The notes beneath the pieces were generated by a model. That model saw nothing but the letters and a program-made list of their open reading frames with translations, made no database searches and was not told the origin of the DNA. The translations under genes and the position numbers were made by a program. Positions 13,491-28,689 of a stretch of 64,000 nt of DNA are shown here, piece by piece. Position 1 is the stretch's first letter, and every line of letters begins with the position of its first letter. Source of the DNA: Anaeramoeba ignava BMAN (lineage: Eukaryota > Protista > Anaeramoebae); the NCBI GenBank assembly GCA_028826165.1, contig JAPDFW010000107.1:144496-208495 (forward strand), read 5' to 3'.

Positions 13491-16034
13491 ATGATAGATT
13501 CCAAAAAACTTGAATTAAAAGATTCTGATAAAAAAAAAGCAAGAAAACTTGTTAGAAAAAAAGGAAATGAAGAATTTATTGATTGGGTCATAAAAGATAA
13601 AGAGAAATACTCAAGAAAAGAACAAAGAATTATTGTTTTAACAAATTTTTTTGTCATTTCTTTAGGAAGAAATAAGAAAAACCCCACTTTTCATGTATTT
13701 TTTTATTTTTCATTTATCAAATTCATCAATTTCCAAAAATGTGGAAAAAATTTTTTTTATTAATTTTTGCTTCAATTCTTTTTATTAGATTTGTCGACAA
13801 GGCTTTATTCCTTATCTTTCTAATTTAAATTTTATTGATAAAGAAAATGTAAAAGAAAAAAAAAAGTGGAAAAAATTTTTTTGTTAATTTATTCCTCTTT
13901 TTTTTCCCCTTTCTTTCTATTTTAATTTTTGTTTTGTTTTTAGATGGAATTGAGATTTAATAATCCTTCTTTCATTTTGAAATTTTTTCATCCAAAATGC
14001 AGAGAAATTGCAACTAAAATTTTAACAAGTTATCAAATATTAACAAGATCACAAATTAATAATGATTTAGTAAATGGCGAAATAGAGTAATTTAAATTTA
14101 AATTTAAATTTAAAAAATAATTTGAAATTTAAATTTATATTTTTATATTTTTATTATTTTTAGAATTCCTTCAGTTAATTTCGGTAAAATTTAAAAATAA
14201 TATTTAAAAATAATATTTAAAAATAATATTCAAAAATAATATTCATTTAGAACCTGATAATGGAGACCATTTTATCAATATTTATAAAGGATTTTCCTCT
14301 TTTTATAATTCAAAACCCCATCAAGAAATCATCCAATTTGTCGAAAACATGAAGGAAAATCCAGATTTGAATCCACAAAAAATTCTTGATTTAGCACAAT
14401 TCAAATTTTCAGAAGAACTCTCAAAAAAATCAACAAGCATATATCCAATATTATCAACATTTAAATTCAATACTTTTTTCAGTGGAATCAAAATTTCAGG
14501 ATTTCACGACCAAATATTCACCAAAATTGAAGAAACAGAATTTCTATTGAAAAACAAATCGCTGAAATCATTAGTTATTTCAGGAACAAACGATCGAATA
14601 ATTTCGCAAAAACTGGGAGAACAACTAGAAAACAACGAGGAGATCCAAATCAACCACTTGAACATTTCATTCAATCCTGTCGACCTGAAATCAAATATAT
14701 TCAAGGGAATCGAGTCGCTTCATTCAGGTTTATTGCATCTTGATTTGTCGTTCTGTTGGATGAAACCGAAGATGGTGGAAGCGTTGTTCCGCTCGTTATC
14801 AAACAACCCAAAGCACCGCCAGCTCCAAGTACTGAATCTATCCAACAACTCGTTTTCAACGAAAGGAACGGAGGCGTTTGGCGAGTATCTGAAGTCGTTG
14901 GAATCAAATCATCTGAAAATGCTTTATCTTTCATCAAGCAATCTGAAACTGGAAAACTTTTTCAAATATCTCCAGCAATACTGCACACGAAAACTTGTGT
15001 ATTTGAACATCTCAAAAAACACACTCCAAAGAAACGACTACAAATCACTATCGGATTTCCTTGCGGATTCAAGAGCGCTTTCCGAATTCGATCTTTCCTA
15101 CACAAATTTCCTCCCACAAAAATGCCAACAACTGATTGAAACCATAGTGACCAATGCAGAATTCCACAATTTCGTTCTGAATTTAAGCCACAACAAACTG
15201 AAAGAAGCAGGCGCGCAAGGAATTGCATTCAGTCTAGGCAAGGATCGCTCAAACACACTGGCAGAACTTGTGCTTGATTCGACATCACTAGGCACAAAAG
15301 GCGCGCAAATACTTTTCGCAGACAACGGACCCTTGTGCGGAAACCGCTCAATCACGCGATTATCCATCTCCGCAAACTTTCCTTCTTCGGAATCCAAACA
15401 ATGCGTCAAATACTTGGCAAATCTTCTTCTTCCAAATTCGCCAGTGAAATATCTCCGGATGCGCGGAGACAAACGAAACTATCTCGGTTTATCAATGACA
15501 GAGTTTCTGAAGAAACTTCCCGATTCAAATCTTCTCGGATTGGATATTCAAGGGAATTACTGGATGAAGTTCTTGACATCAATGAACATCCGCTCACAAG
15601 AAGACCCCATTCTTGATCTTATTGAACAACTCCAAAAGGAAGAACTCACCCTCCAATACTTCAATTTCGACGATAACTTCGTCAGTTATAGCTTCTTGCA
15701 TAACATACAAAAAGCAAATATCAAATACATTGAATGGTCAGAAATTGATTCAAATCGGATTATCCAAAAATTCCATAAAGTCCAAAATATGACTCTTCCG
15801 CTCCAAAAATTGCAAAAGAAAGCTGAAAGAATCAGGCAGCAATCAAGATTCAATATCAATGAATTCAAATCGACTTTCTTTATAACTCCAGATAATCTTG
15901 ATTTGGATTCAAATCTCAAAAGAAATGTTCATAATTATATTGAATCTTTAGTTTTACAAAAATCAAAGTTTTTCAAAATTGATTGTGAAACAAATTCAAA
16001 TGAAGAAGAAATTAATAATTCAAAAGATAATTAA
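13491..16034 (+). CDS. CARMIL-like PH + RNI-type leucine-rich repeat protein; exons 13491-13694, 13789-13848, 13944-14086, 14164-14183, 14251-16034
   Basis: N-terminus DWVIKDKEK...QRIIVLTNFFVISL resembles the CARMIL PH domain. Multiple LxxLxLSxN repeats follow (LLHLDLSFC, LQVLNLSNN, LVYLNISKN, VLNLSHNKL). Splice phases join in frame to the 14349 ORF. Confidence 0.75.
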
Positions 16035-16212
16035 TTAAAAAAAAAAATAATTTAAAATAAGAATTGAAAAGAAAAAGCAAATTTTTTTTTGTTTTAAGAA
16101 AAAAAAAATAATAAAAAAAATTTTTTTTGCTTTTTTTTTTTTCATTTTTCTTTCATTTTTCTTTTATATTTTAGATTTACAATTTTTATCTTAAATTTTG
16201 ATTTATATTTTT

Positions 16213-19200
16213 ATGGATGATTTAAAAGTAAAAGAGCAGTTAACGAATTTCCAAAAAAGAATAGATGAAATTAGAAACAGATTAGAATCGAAAAACATTA
16301 TTAAAAATGAACAAAATGTTGAAACACTTTCAAAAGAAGAAAAAGAAAAAAAAGAATTAAGAGAACAAATTCAAAGAAGAATTGATAGTATTCGTAAGCA
16401 AAGAGGTTTAAATGACCAAGAATTCAAGAAGGAGTATAATTCTAAATCAATGGTTGAAAGAGAAAAACAAATTCAAGAAAGGATTGCACAAATTCGTAAA
16501 TTATATGAGCCTATTTCCTCTAAACCACCACCACCACAACAAAAAGAACAACAAAATCAACAACAAAATCAACAACAAAATCAACAACAAAATCAACAAA
16601 ATCAACAACAAAATCAACAACAAAATAAAAATCAAAATCAACAACAAAATCAACAACAAAATCAACAACAAAAAGAACAACAAAATCAACAACAAAATCA
16701 ACAACAAAATCAACAAAGCCCAATTGCAAAACACATTCAATTTGCAAAACAACAAAAAAATCAAAATAAAAATCAAATTCAAAATCAAATTCAAAATAAA
16801 AATCAAAATCAAAATAAAAATCAAATTCAAAATCAAATTCAAAATCAAAATAAAAATCAAATTCAAAATCAAAATCAAAATCAAATTGAAAATAAAAATC
16901 AAAATCAAAATCAAATTCAAAATCAAAATAAAAATCAAATTCAAAATAAAAATCAAAATCAAAATCAAAATCAAAATCAAAATAAAAATCAAAATAAAAA
17001 TCAAATTCAAAATAAAAATGAAAATCAAAATCAAAATCAAAATCAAATTCAAATTCAAATTCAAAATAAAAATCAAAATCAAAATCAAATTCAAATTGAA
17101 ATTCAAAATGAAAATCAAAATAAAAATCAAAATAAAAATGAAATTCAAAATGAAAATCAAAATCAAAATGAAAATAAAAATGAAAATCAAAATGAAAATA
17201 AAAATGAAAATCAAAATGAAAATCAAAATGAAAATCAAAATCAAATTCAAAATGAAAATGGAAATCAAAATGAAAATAAAATTCAAAATGAAAATGAAAA
17301 TCAAAATCAAAATCAAAATGAAAATCAAAATGAAAATCAAAATGAAAATGAAAATAAAAATCAAAATGAAAATCAAAATGAAAATCAAAATCAAATTCAA
17401 AATGAAAATCAAAATCAAATTCAAAATGAAAATGGAAATCAAAATGAAAATAAAATTCAAAATAAAAATGAAATTCAAAATCAAAATCAAAATCAAAATG
17501 AAAATCAAATTCAAATTCAAAATCAAATTCAAAATGAAAATCAAAATGAAAATCAAAATGAAAATCAAATTCAAATTCAGAGTGAAAATGAAAATGAAAT
17601 GAAAATTGAACTTGAAAAAGAAATCCAAAAAGAAATCCAAAAAAACGAAGATAATATAATCCCAAAAATTTCAAGATTCCCAAAAACTCATAGAAGTGTT
17701 AGTTACGGAAAACAACAAAAACTCAAAATCGGACATCAATTCTTAAATCAACCAACAAACCCAAAAGCTTTCCGTTTTTCTTTAGGCAAAAATGACAACA
17801 ATATAACTTTCGCCAAAATCCTTTCAATTCAATCAGTTGAAGAATACGAAAACAAAAAAACAAACATTGATTTAAAATCAACAAAAGAAGAAATGACAAC
17901 AAAATTACTGATTGTTCTCGAATTCCTCCAACAAGAAATCAAAACAGAACAAGATAACGAAGAAAGTCTCAAAAAAATGACAAAACTTTACAAGAAAAAC
18001 AAAGAACGCCAAGAAAATGCTTTCGCTAGACTCAAAGAAATCCAGCAAAATATCCAACTCTTAACCTTTCTTTTCCAAAAAATTCTTTCAAATATTGTTT
18101 ATATTGAAATTGGATCAAAAAATACTAAAAATAAATATGGTGTTTTAACACAAAATTTCGAAATTACAACTAAAAATTCCAAATCTTCATTGAAAAAAGG
18201 AGATGTAATTGAAATTCAAAAAATTAAAAGAAAAGAATATCTAGGAAAAATTAAAGAAAACCCTTCCAAAGTTCCAAAAAGGCTTGTTGAAATTATTGAT
18301 GTAAATTAAAATTCATTTTAAAATTAAAATTTAAAATTAAAATTAAAATCAAAATTAAAATTAAAAATTAAAATTAAAATCAAAATTAAAATTAAAATCA
18401 AAATTAAAATTAAAATTAAAATTAAAATCAAAATTAAAATCAAAATTAAAATCAAAATTAAAATTAAAATTAAAATCAAAATTAAAATTAAAATCAAAAT
18501 TAAATTCAAAATCAAAATTAAAATTAAAATCCATTTTGAAAATTCATTTTGGAAATTCATTTAGTTTGATTTTATTGATCCTTCATTCTCAACCCCAATC
18601 AAAAAGAAAACCCCCAAAATCAACATCAAATTATCCAAAAACGCAAACTGGAGAGATCTGGAAATATTCTATTTAGATTGCAAAGTAGTTGCCGAACAAT
18701 TCACAATTTTGGAATTCAGAGAATTCCGTAACATCCAAATCTCAGAATTTCTCAGCGAAGGTTGGATGCATCCCGAATACTCCTTCCTAACCAAAAACAT
18801 ATGCAATATCCATCTCAGATCATCAAGAATATCCGATTATGTTACTTCCGTTATTCTGCGCCAAGACTCACAAAGAAAACAAATCCTTTCCTTCTTTTAT
18901 TTTGTTGAGTTGTGTCTCCACTTCAAAAACTTGAACAACTTCAACACCTTATTTGCAATTCTTCACGGACTTGGTAACCCAAGTGTTCAAAATCTCCTCG
19001 AAAAAAACATCAAAGAATCAAAATATCTTTATGAGAAATACATCGAAATCAACAACATAATGTTCCACGATCCAGGATACACAACTTATCGCAAATTGCT
19101 CAAAGAAACAATCGCAAATCACGTTTCTGCCATTCCCTGTCTTCCCATCCATTTTCTTGATGTCGGGCTCATCGAACAAGCAGAAAAACTCTCGGAAATT

Positions 19201-19410
19201 CCCGATTCAATCAAAAATACAATCAGAGACCTCTTTTTCTTGATCAAAGATATCATCATTCTCCAATTAAGACCTTACCATCTTCTTCAAACTCTTCCTG
19301 AATTCCATGATTATTTATTGAACTATTCTGGTATGTATCAAGTCCAATCCTCAAATTTGAATCCAAGTCAAATGTCAAAAATCCAAAAAAATTTAAATCA
19401 AAAAAAATGA
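16213..19410 (+). CDS. RasGEF (CDC25-domain) protein with Q/N-rich tract, HR1-like coil and SH3-like domain; exons 16213-18300, 18565-19410
   Basis: Phase-0 intron GAT|GTAAAT...TTAG|TTT joins the two ORFs. CDC25 motifs VAEQFTILE, LNNFNTLFAILHGL, YTTYRKLL and AIPCLPIHFLD are present. SH3-like SLKKGDVIEI...YLG...VPKRLVEII precedes the intron. Confidence 0.85.
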
Positions 19411-19544
19411 TTAACTTCAAAGAAACAAATTAATTTTTTTTTTGTATCCATTCCACTTTGAGAAAAAAAACCAAATTAAATCATTTAAATAAAACAAACT
19501 TTTTATTATCAAAAATAATTTGAAAATTGATTTAAAATTAAAAA

Positions 19545-22500
19545 TTAATCAAGGAATGATTTCAAAAAAGAATTTATTATTAATATTAAATTATTATTAT
19601 TAAAAATAAAGAAATAAAATTAATCAAGAAATGATTTTAAAAAGAATTTATTATTAATATTAAATTAATATTATTAAAAATAAAGAAATAAATTCGAAAC
19701 AAAAATTAGATAAATATTTAATTTAATTTTTAATAATAATTAATTTATTATTTTGTAATAAAATTAATCAAAAATGATTTTAAAAAGAAATTTATTATTA
19801 ATATTAAATAAATATTATTAAAAATAAAAAAATAAATTTGAAACAAAAATTAGATAAATATTTAATTTAATTTTTAAATTATAATTAATTTATTATTTTG
19901 CAATAAAATTAATTAAGAAATGATTTTAAAAAGAATTTATTATTAATATTAAATAAATATTATTAAAAATAAAAGAAATAAATTTAATTAAAATATTTTA
20001 TTTATTATTTTATTTAATTTTTAATTATAATTAATTTATTATTTTGCAATAAAATTAATTAAGAAATGATTTTAAAAAGAATTTATTATTAATATTAAAT
20101 TAATATTATTAAAAATAAAGAAATAAATTTAATTAAAATATTTTATTTATTATTTTATTTAATTTTTAATTATAATTAATTTATTATTTTTGCAATAAAA
20201 TTAATTAAGGAATGATTTTAAAAAAGAATTTATTATTAATATTAAATTAATATTATTAAAAATAATGAAATAAATTTGAAACAAAAATTAGATAAAAATT
20301 TAATTTAATTTTTAATTATAATTTATTTATTATTTTGCAATAAAATTAATTAAGAAATGATTTAAAAAGAATTTATTATTAATATTAAATAAATGTTATT
20401 AAAAATAATGAAATAAATTTGAAACAAAAATTAGATAAAAATTTAATTTAATTTTTAATTATAATTTATTTACTATTTTGCAATAAAATTAATTAAGAAA
20501 TAATTTTAAAAAGAATTTATTATTAATATTAAATTAATATTATTAAAAATAAAGAAATAAATTTAATTAAAATATTTTATTTATTATTTTATTTAATTTT
20601 TAATTATAATTAATTTATTATTTTGCAATAAAATTAATTAAGAAATGATTTCAAAAAGAATTTATTATTAATATTAAATAAATATTATTAAAAATAAAGA
20701 AATAAAATTGAAACAAAAATTAGATAAAAATTTAATTTAATTTTTAATTATAATTTATTTACTATTTTGCAATAAAATTAATTAAGAAATGATTTAAAAA
20801 GAATTTATTATTAATATTAAATAAATGTTATTAAAAATAATGAAATAAATTTGAAACAAAAATTAGATAAAAATTTAATTTAATTTTTAATTATAATTTA
20901 TTTACTATTTTGCAATAAAATTAATTAAGAAATAATTTTAAAAAGAATTTATTATTAATATTAAATAAATGTTATTAAAAATAATGAAATAAATTTAAAA
21001 CAAAAATTAAATAAAAATTTAATTTAATTTTTAATAATTATTAATTTATTATTTTGCAATAAAATTAATTAAGAAATAATTTTAAAAAGAATTTATTATT
21101 AATATTAAATTAATATTATTAAAATTAAAGAAATAAATTCGAAACAAAAATTAGATAAATATTTAATTTAATTTTTAATAATAATTAATTTATTATTTTG
21201 CAATAAAATTAATCAAGAAATGATTTTAAAAAGAATTTATTATTAATATTAAATTAATATTATTAAAAATAAAGAAATAAATTTGAAACAAAAATTAGAT
21301 AAAAATTTAATTTAATTTTTAATTATAATTAATTTACTATTTTGCAATAAAATTAATTAAGAAATTATTTTAAAAAGAATTTATTATTAATATTAAATTA
21401 ATATTATTAAAAATAAAGAAATAAATTTGAAACAAAAATTAGATAAAAATTTAATTTAATTTTTAATTATAATTTATTTATTATTTTGCAATAAAATTAA
21501 TTAAGAAATGATTTAAAAAGAATTTATTATTAATATTAAATTATTATTATTAAAAATTAATGAAATTATTAATTAAAATATTTTATTTATTATTTTATTT
21601 AATTTTTAATTATAATTAATTTACTATTTTGCAATAAAATTAATCAAAAATGATTTTAAAAAGAATTTATTATTAATATTAAATTAAATATTATTAAAAA
21701 TAATGAAATAAATTTGAAACAAAAATTAGATAAAAATTTAATTTAATTTTTAATTATAATTTATTTATTATTTTTGCAATAAAATTAATTAAGAAATGAT
21801 TTAAAAAGAATTTATTATTAATATTAAATTATTATTATTAAAAATAAAGAAATAAATTTAAAACAAAAATTAAATAAAAATTTTATTTAATTTTTAATAA
21901 TTAATAATTTATTATTTTGCAATAAAATTAATTAAGAAATGATTTAAAAAGAATTTATTATTAATATTAAATAAATATTATTAAAAATAAAGAAATAAAT
22001 TTAATTAAAATATTTTATTTATTATTTTACTTAATTTTTAATTATAATTAATTTACTATTTTGCAATAAAATTAATTAAGAAATAATTTTAAAAAGAATT
22101 TATTATTAATATTAAATAAATATTATTAAAAATAAAGAAATAAATTTGAAACAAAAATTAGATAAAAATTTAATTTAATTTTTAATAATAATTTATTTAT
22201 TATTTTGCAATAAAATTAATTAAGAAATAATTTTAAAAAGAATTTATTATTAATATTAAATTAATATTATTAAAAATAAAGAAATAAATTTAAAACAAAA
22301 ATTAGATAAATATTTAATTTAATTTTTAATTATAATTAATTTAATATTTTGCAATAAAATTAATCAAGAAATGATTTTAAAAAGGATTTGTATTATTAAT
22401 ATTAAATTAATGTTATTAAAAATAAAGAAATAAATTAATTAAAATATTTTATTTATTTTATTTAATTTTTAATTATAATTAATTTACTATTTTGCAATAA

Positions 22501-23535
22501 AATTAATTAAAAATAATTTCAAAAAGAATTTATTATTAATATTAAATTAATATTATTAAAAATAAAGAAATAAATTTAATTAAAATATTTTATTTATTAT
22601 TTAATTTAATTTTTAATTATAATTTATTTACTATTTTGCAATAAAATTAATTAAGAAATGATTTCAAAAAGAATTTATTATTAATATTAAATAAATATTA
22701 TTAAAATTAAAAGAAATAAAATTAATTAAAATATTTTATTTATTATTTTACTTAATTTTTAATAATAATTAATTTATTATTTTGCAATAAAATTAATTAA
22801 GAAATGATTTTAAAAAGAATTTATTATTAATATTAAATTAATATTATTAAAAATAAAGAAATAAATTTGAAACAAAAACTAGATAAATATTTTATTTAAT
22901 TTTTAATAATAATTAATTTATTATTTTGCAATAAAATTAATCAAGAAATGATTTTAAAAAGAATTTATTATTAATATTAAATAAATATTATTAAAAATAA
23001 AGAAATAAATTAAAACAAAAATTAAATAAAAATTTAATTTAATTTTTAATTATAATTAATTTACTATTTTGTAATAAAATTAATTGAGAAATGATTTAAA
23101 AAGAATTTATTATTAATATTAAATAAATAATATTAAAAATAAAGAAATAAATTTAATTAAAATATTTTGTTTATTATTTTACTTAATTTTTAATTATAAT
23201 TAATTTATTATTTTGCAATAAAATTAATTAAGAAATAATTTTAAAAAGAATTTATTATTAATATTAAATAAATATTATTAAAAATTAAAGAAATAAATTT
23301 AATTAAAATATTTTATTTATTATTTTATTTAATTTTTAATTATAATTTATTTAATATTTTGCAATAAAATTAATTAAGAAATGATTTTAAAAAAGAATTT
23401 ATTATTAATATTAAATTAATGTTATTAAAAATAAAGAAATAAATTTAATTAAAATATTTTATTTATTATTTTACTTAATTTTTAATAATAATTAATTTAT
23501 TATTTTGCAATAAAATTAATTAAGAAATGATTTTA
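19545..23535. repeat. ~144-bp tandem satellite, ~27 units, two interspersed variants
   Basis: Anchor TTTTGCAATAAAATTAAT recurs every ~143-146 bp (e.g. ~19900, 20047, 20192 ... 23507). Confidence 0.92.
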
Positions 23536-23659
23536 AAACTTTTATTCATTTTTTTTCATTTTTTTGTTTTTTCTAAATTAAAAAATAAAAGAAAATAAAA
23601 GAAAAAATCAAATAAAAATTTCAAAAACAAAATTATAAAAAAATAAAGAGAAAATGTTA

Positions 23660-25010
23660 ATTAAAATGTAAAATAATTTATTTACATAATTTATAAAAAG
23701 AATTTATTATCTAAATTAATTCAAAATAGATTTAAAAATGAATATAAATTTAAATCAAAAAAATTAAATTTAATTAATTTAATTTCCAAAAATAAAATAC
23801 TTTCAATATTAAATAATAATATTTAATTAAATTTAAAGTATAAATTATTTTGAAATAAATTAATAATATAAAATATAATTTTATTATTTATTTTCCTTAT
23901 TAAATAATTAATAAAATAATTTAAACATTTTTAATATAAATTTAATCAAAAATAAAATAATAAAAACAAAATTAAAATGTAAAATAATTTATTTAGATAA
24001 TTTATAAAAAGAATTTATTATCTAAATTAATTCAAAATAGATTTAAAAATGAATATAAATTTAAATCAAAAATTAAATTTAATTAATTTTATTTCCAAAA
24101 ATAAAATAATTTTAAATAATATTAAATAATAATATTTAATTAAATTTAAATTATAAATTAATTTGAAATAAATTAATAATATAAAATATAATTTTATTAT
24201 TTATTTTCCTTATTAAATAATTAATAAAATAATTTAATCATTTTTAATATAAATTTAATCAAAAATTAAATAATAAAAATTAAAATTAAAATATAAAATA
24301 ATTTATTTATATAATTTATAAAAAGAATTTATTATCTAAATTAATTCAAAATTGATTTAAAAATAAATATAAATTTAAATCAAAAATTAAATTTAATTAA
24401 TTTAATTTCCAAAAATAAAATAATTTTAAATAATTTTAAATAATAATATTTAATTAATTTTAAAGTATAAATTATTTTGAAATAAATTAATAATATAAAA
24501 TATAATTTTATTATTAATTTTCCTTATTAAATAATTAATAAAATAATTTAAACATTTTTAATATAAATTTAATCAAAAATTAAATAATAAAAATTAAAAT
24601 TAAAATGTAAAATAATTTATTTATATAATTTATAAAAAGATTTTATTATCTAAATTAATTTAAAATTGATTTAAAAATAAATATAAATTTAAATCAAAAA
24701 AATTAAATTTAATTAATTTAATTTCCAAAAAAATAAAATAATTTTAAATAAATTTAAATAATAATATTTAATTAGATTTAAAGTATAAATTAATTTGAAA
24801 TAAATTAATAATATAAAATATAATTTTATTATTTATTTTCATTATTAAATAATTAATAAAATAATTTAATCAATTTTAATATAAATTTAATCAAAAAATT
24901 AAATAATAAAAATTAAAATTAAAATGTAAAATAATTTATTTATATAATTCATAAAAAGATTTTATTATCTAAATAAATTAAAAATTGATTTAAAAATAAA
25001 TATAAATATG
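23660..25010. repeat. ~312-bp tandem repeat, ~4.3 units
   Basis: Anchor ATTTCCAAAA recurs at ~23783, 24092, 24406 and 24722 with conserved flanks. Confidence 0.88.
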
Positions 25011-28000
25011 TTAAAATTAATAATGAAGAAATTAAAATTGAAGAAATATTTAGATATTATTATTAAAGAAAATTTCAAATTTTTTTTGCTTCAAAAATGA
25101 TTTGAAATTGCTGATTTTATTCAAGAAATAATTATTAAAACAATTTAGAAAATTGAAGAAGATTATTATTATCCAATAGTAAATTATTTTATTTGATTTA
25201 AAATTTTTTTTTAATTCAAAATCCAAAATAATTAATTATTTATTTAAAAAAGGAATACAATAGAATTTATCAAATAAAAACTCTCAAAATTTTATAAATT
25301 ATTTCCTTATATTCAAAAAAAAATAATTTTGAAAATGAAACTTATTATATTAATTGAATAAAATTATGAAACAAAATTCCCAAATCAAAAAATCAAAATT
25401 GATACATTCTCTACAAAAAAAGAAATCTAACAATAAATTTCAATTATCAAAAAACAAATGATTTAAATTATCAAATTATTTACAAATTGAAATGAAATTT
25501 AAACAAAATTATAATCAACAAAATAAATATATCTCTTCATAATATTTAAAAGAAATCAAATCAAATTTACATTAATTTTGATTATGAAAATTTAATTGCA
25601 AAAACAAAAAAAATAATAATAAAAGAAAAAGGAAATCAAATTGATAAATATTCAAGTTTTCACCTTTGTATTAAATCAAAAAAAAATTTCACCAATAACA
25701 TTATATCTCTTTTCTCAATTCAAAAATAATACAATAAAAAAAATATACATTTCAGTTGATAAATTTGATATTAAAACAGAATTTTTGAATAGAAACACAA
25801 AGAAAATAGATTGAATCTAATTGAAAAAAAAATTTGAAATCAATAAATTAAATATCAAGATAAAACCAAATATTATTATGGAATATTTTATAGAAGAAAA
25901 AGAAAAAAGAACTTAAAATGGATATTTTAAAACAATTCTACATTTCAAAATCAAAAAAGAATTTAACATAAAACAAACAATAATAAGCTTACTGTATTTT
26001 CATAATCTATTTATTGATATTATAAAGAAAAACCTTTATATTCTCCTTTTAATGTTATTTCTTATTCGAAAAAAAAAGAAGAAGAAGAAATTTGTGTAAT
26101 TAAATTAATAACCAAAATATTTCCTTAAAATCTATAATTAACACATGAAATATTTTATTAATTCTTATTTGTTTCTCTTGCTTTTTTTATAGATCTTATT
26201 ACAGAATTCATTTTATTATTTGAACTAAATGAAAAGTATTGACATTTAACATTACTGGATATTTTAAAAAGAAATTTAAAAGAAGAAAGAAAGAAAGAAA
26301 GAAAGAATTTTATTTAATATAGATTTTTCTATTAAGAAAAAATAGAATAACAATTAAGAGATAATCCACAAATTGAAACATTTACAATAAAAAGAAAAGA
26401 AAATATTCTTGATTTCCAAAATATTTCAACACTTATTTGATCTTTTGATATTGAATATACAACAATTTTCATTCATTTCCCTTTCAAAAACAAATTTTCT
26501 AACTGTTTACATCATTACATAAATATTTTCTTCCACTTTAATCAATATTTCTCAAATCTCACAATTTTTCAAGATTATTTTATTTTATTTATATTATGAA
26601 AAGAAAGAAGAATTTGAATTATTATCAACAACAAAAATATCTATCTTACATATATTCAACAATTTAATCCATAAACAGAAATACTTATTTCCATTTTTAT
26701 TATTTCAAGAATTTATGAAAATTATTTAAATATCTTCAATTTACTTTTGCATTGGAAACACTTGATACATATATTCAATAACTTAAAATTTTAATTTGAA
26801 TATTTATTTATTTCTTGAATCAAAATATCACAAATAAACAATTAACCAAATATTGAAATTATGAAAATTTTTCCATTTTCTTGAAACTGAAAAAAAAGAT
26901 AAAATCAAAATATATTTCTTGAATATTTTTTTTGAATAAAAAATTACTGATATCAATGAATACTTAGTTTCACAAATCTTCACAAAATATTTCTCCTTTT
27001 ATTTGTAAATATCAATTATTCAAAATACACACAAAAAGAATATTTTCCACAAATATTTTGAAATTGATGATTAATTACAACTTTTTATATTCTAAAACAA
27101 AATTAACAAAATTCAACAACATTTTTGAATAATTTATATATCCTTTCTTTAGAAATATTTCCAGTTTCCAGAATATTATTTATTTCCATTTCAAAATTAT
27201 TATTCAATTATTTTCTTCAAGAAAAAGAATATTAAATTGAATTGAATTGAAAATACATTTCTTAATAATTTCAATAATATTCACAAATTATTTATTTATT
27301 TCAAGGAAATATACTTCTATTTAATTTATTCAAAAAAATATAACAGATAGAACTCAATTTTATCAATTTAATTTAATTTAATTTAATTTAATTTAATTTA
27401 ATTTAATTTAATTTAATTTAATTTAATTTAATTTAATTTATTTAATTAATACAAAATTATTCTTCATTTCTCCAAAATAATTGATAAAATTACAAAATTC
27501 CTAATCATAAATATTTATTAATCATTCCATTTTGAAGAGATTTCCATTAATATCAAACAAGAAAACTCTTTTTCAAAATATTAAATTCAATTTCAAATCC
27601 AATTTAAATTCACAAAATTCTAAACAATAACAAGTTATTTCTGTTCATTAATCTTAATTATTTAACAACAACAAAAAAAAATTATTTATAAATTCTAACT
27701 TCTTTAAAATTGAGAAATTAAATCCTTATTGGAAAAACAAAATGAAACAAATGAAAATAATCTTCAAAATCCCAAAATCACTTTTAAATTTCAATTCTCT
27801 TTACTTAAATATTGGAAAATGATATAAATATCAAAATTCTAACTCTTATTGAATTTATTATTTAAATCAATTTAATCAAGAAATATTCAAAATTCTTTTT
27901 AAAAACATGATATCTGTTCATTTAATTAATCCAAAATATAATCCAAAACAAATTTGATTTCAAAATATTTCCAAATTCACAAATATTATAGAGATAAATC

Positions 28001-28689
28001 AATTATTATATAAATACTCAACAAATCTTCTTTAAAATATTTATCTTCAAATTTTGGAAGATTTTATTTAATTCTACTTTTGAATAACTTTGAAAAAACT
28101 ATTTATTATTTATTCATTTATTTATTCATTCCTTTTTTATTCAACAAAATTTCCAAATTTATTTCCTTTATAAACCTCAAACTCAAATCAAAATATTTCC
28201 AAAAAAAGAAATATTTCTTGATTTTTTATTACAAAATATAAAATATTCAAAAAATTTCTTTTTTTGTTAATAGAATTAATATTTAAATTCCAAAAAAAAA
28301 TAGATAGAATTGAATTGTTTTGATTTAAAAATTATTATTAAATTATTTCCAAAAAAAAAATAGAAAGAAATTCAATATTTAAATAGATTTAATTTATTTA
28401 TAAATTCTTTCAAAAAAAATATTTTAATTGATTTTTATTTGGAAAAAATAAATAAATTTAATTAAAAAAATTCAAAATTATGATTAAGAACAATTTTATC
28501 AATTTTATTTCATTTTTGAAAAAGAAATTAAATAAACAATTTGTTTTGAAATTTATTCAAAACTTAATAAATAAGAAATTTTCTTTTTAATTTCTTTTTT
28601 CTTTTTTCTTTTTTTTAATTAAAAAAATAAAAAAAACAAATTTTTCATTTTTTTTCATTTTTTTTTTTCACAAAAGTAAACACAAAGAA

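Noticed and set aside
14504-15919. Overlapping alternative-frame and antisense ORFs in the LRR gene
   Set aside because: Shadow ORFs in a locally GC-richer exon, with no recognisable motifs.
16412-17683. Three ~380-400-aa ORFs overlapping the RasGEF gene
   Set aside because: Other frames of the stop-free AAAATC/AAAATG repeat tract.
19545-23535. CRISPR-like appearance (conserved blocks with variable segments)
   Set aside because: The variable segments are two recurring variants, not unique spacers; the context is eukaryotic and no cas genes are present.
25010-28500. Possible decayed plus-strand gene
   Set aside because: Coding-like texture, but frequent stops and no identifiable motif; not supportable as a feature.
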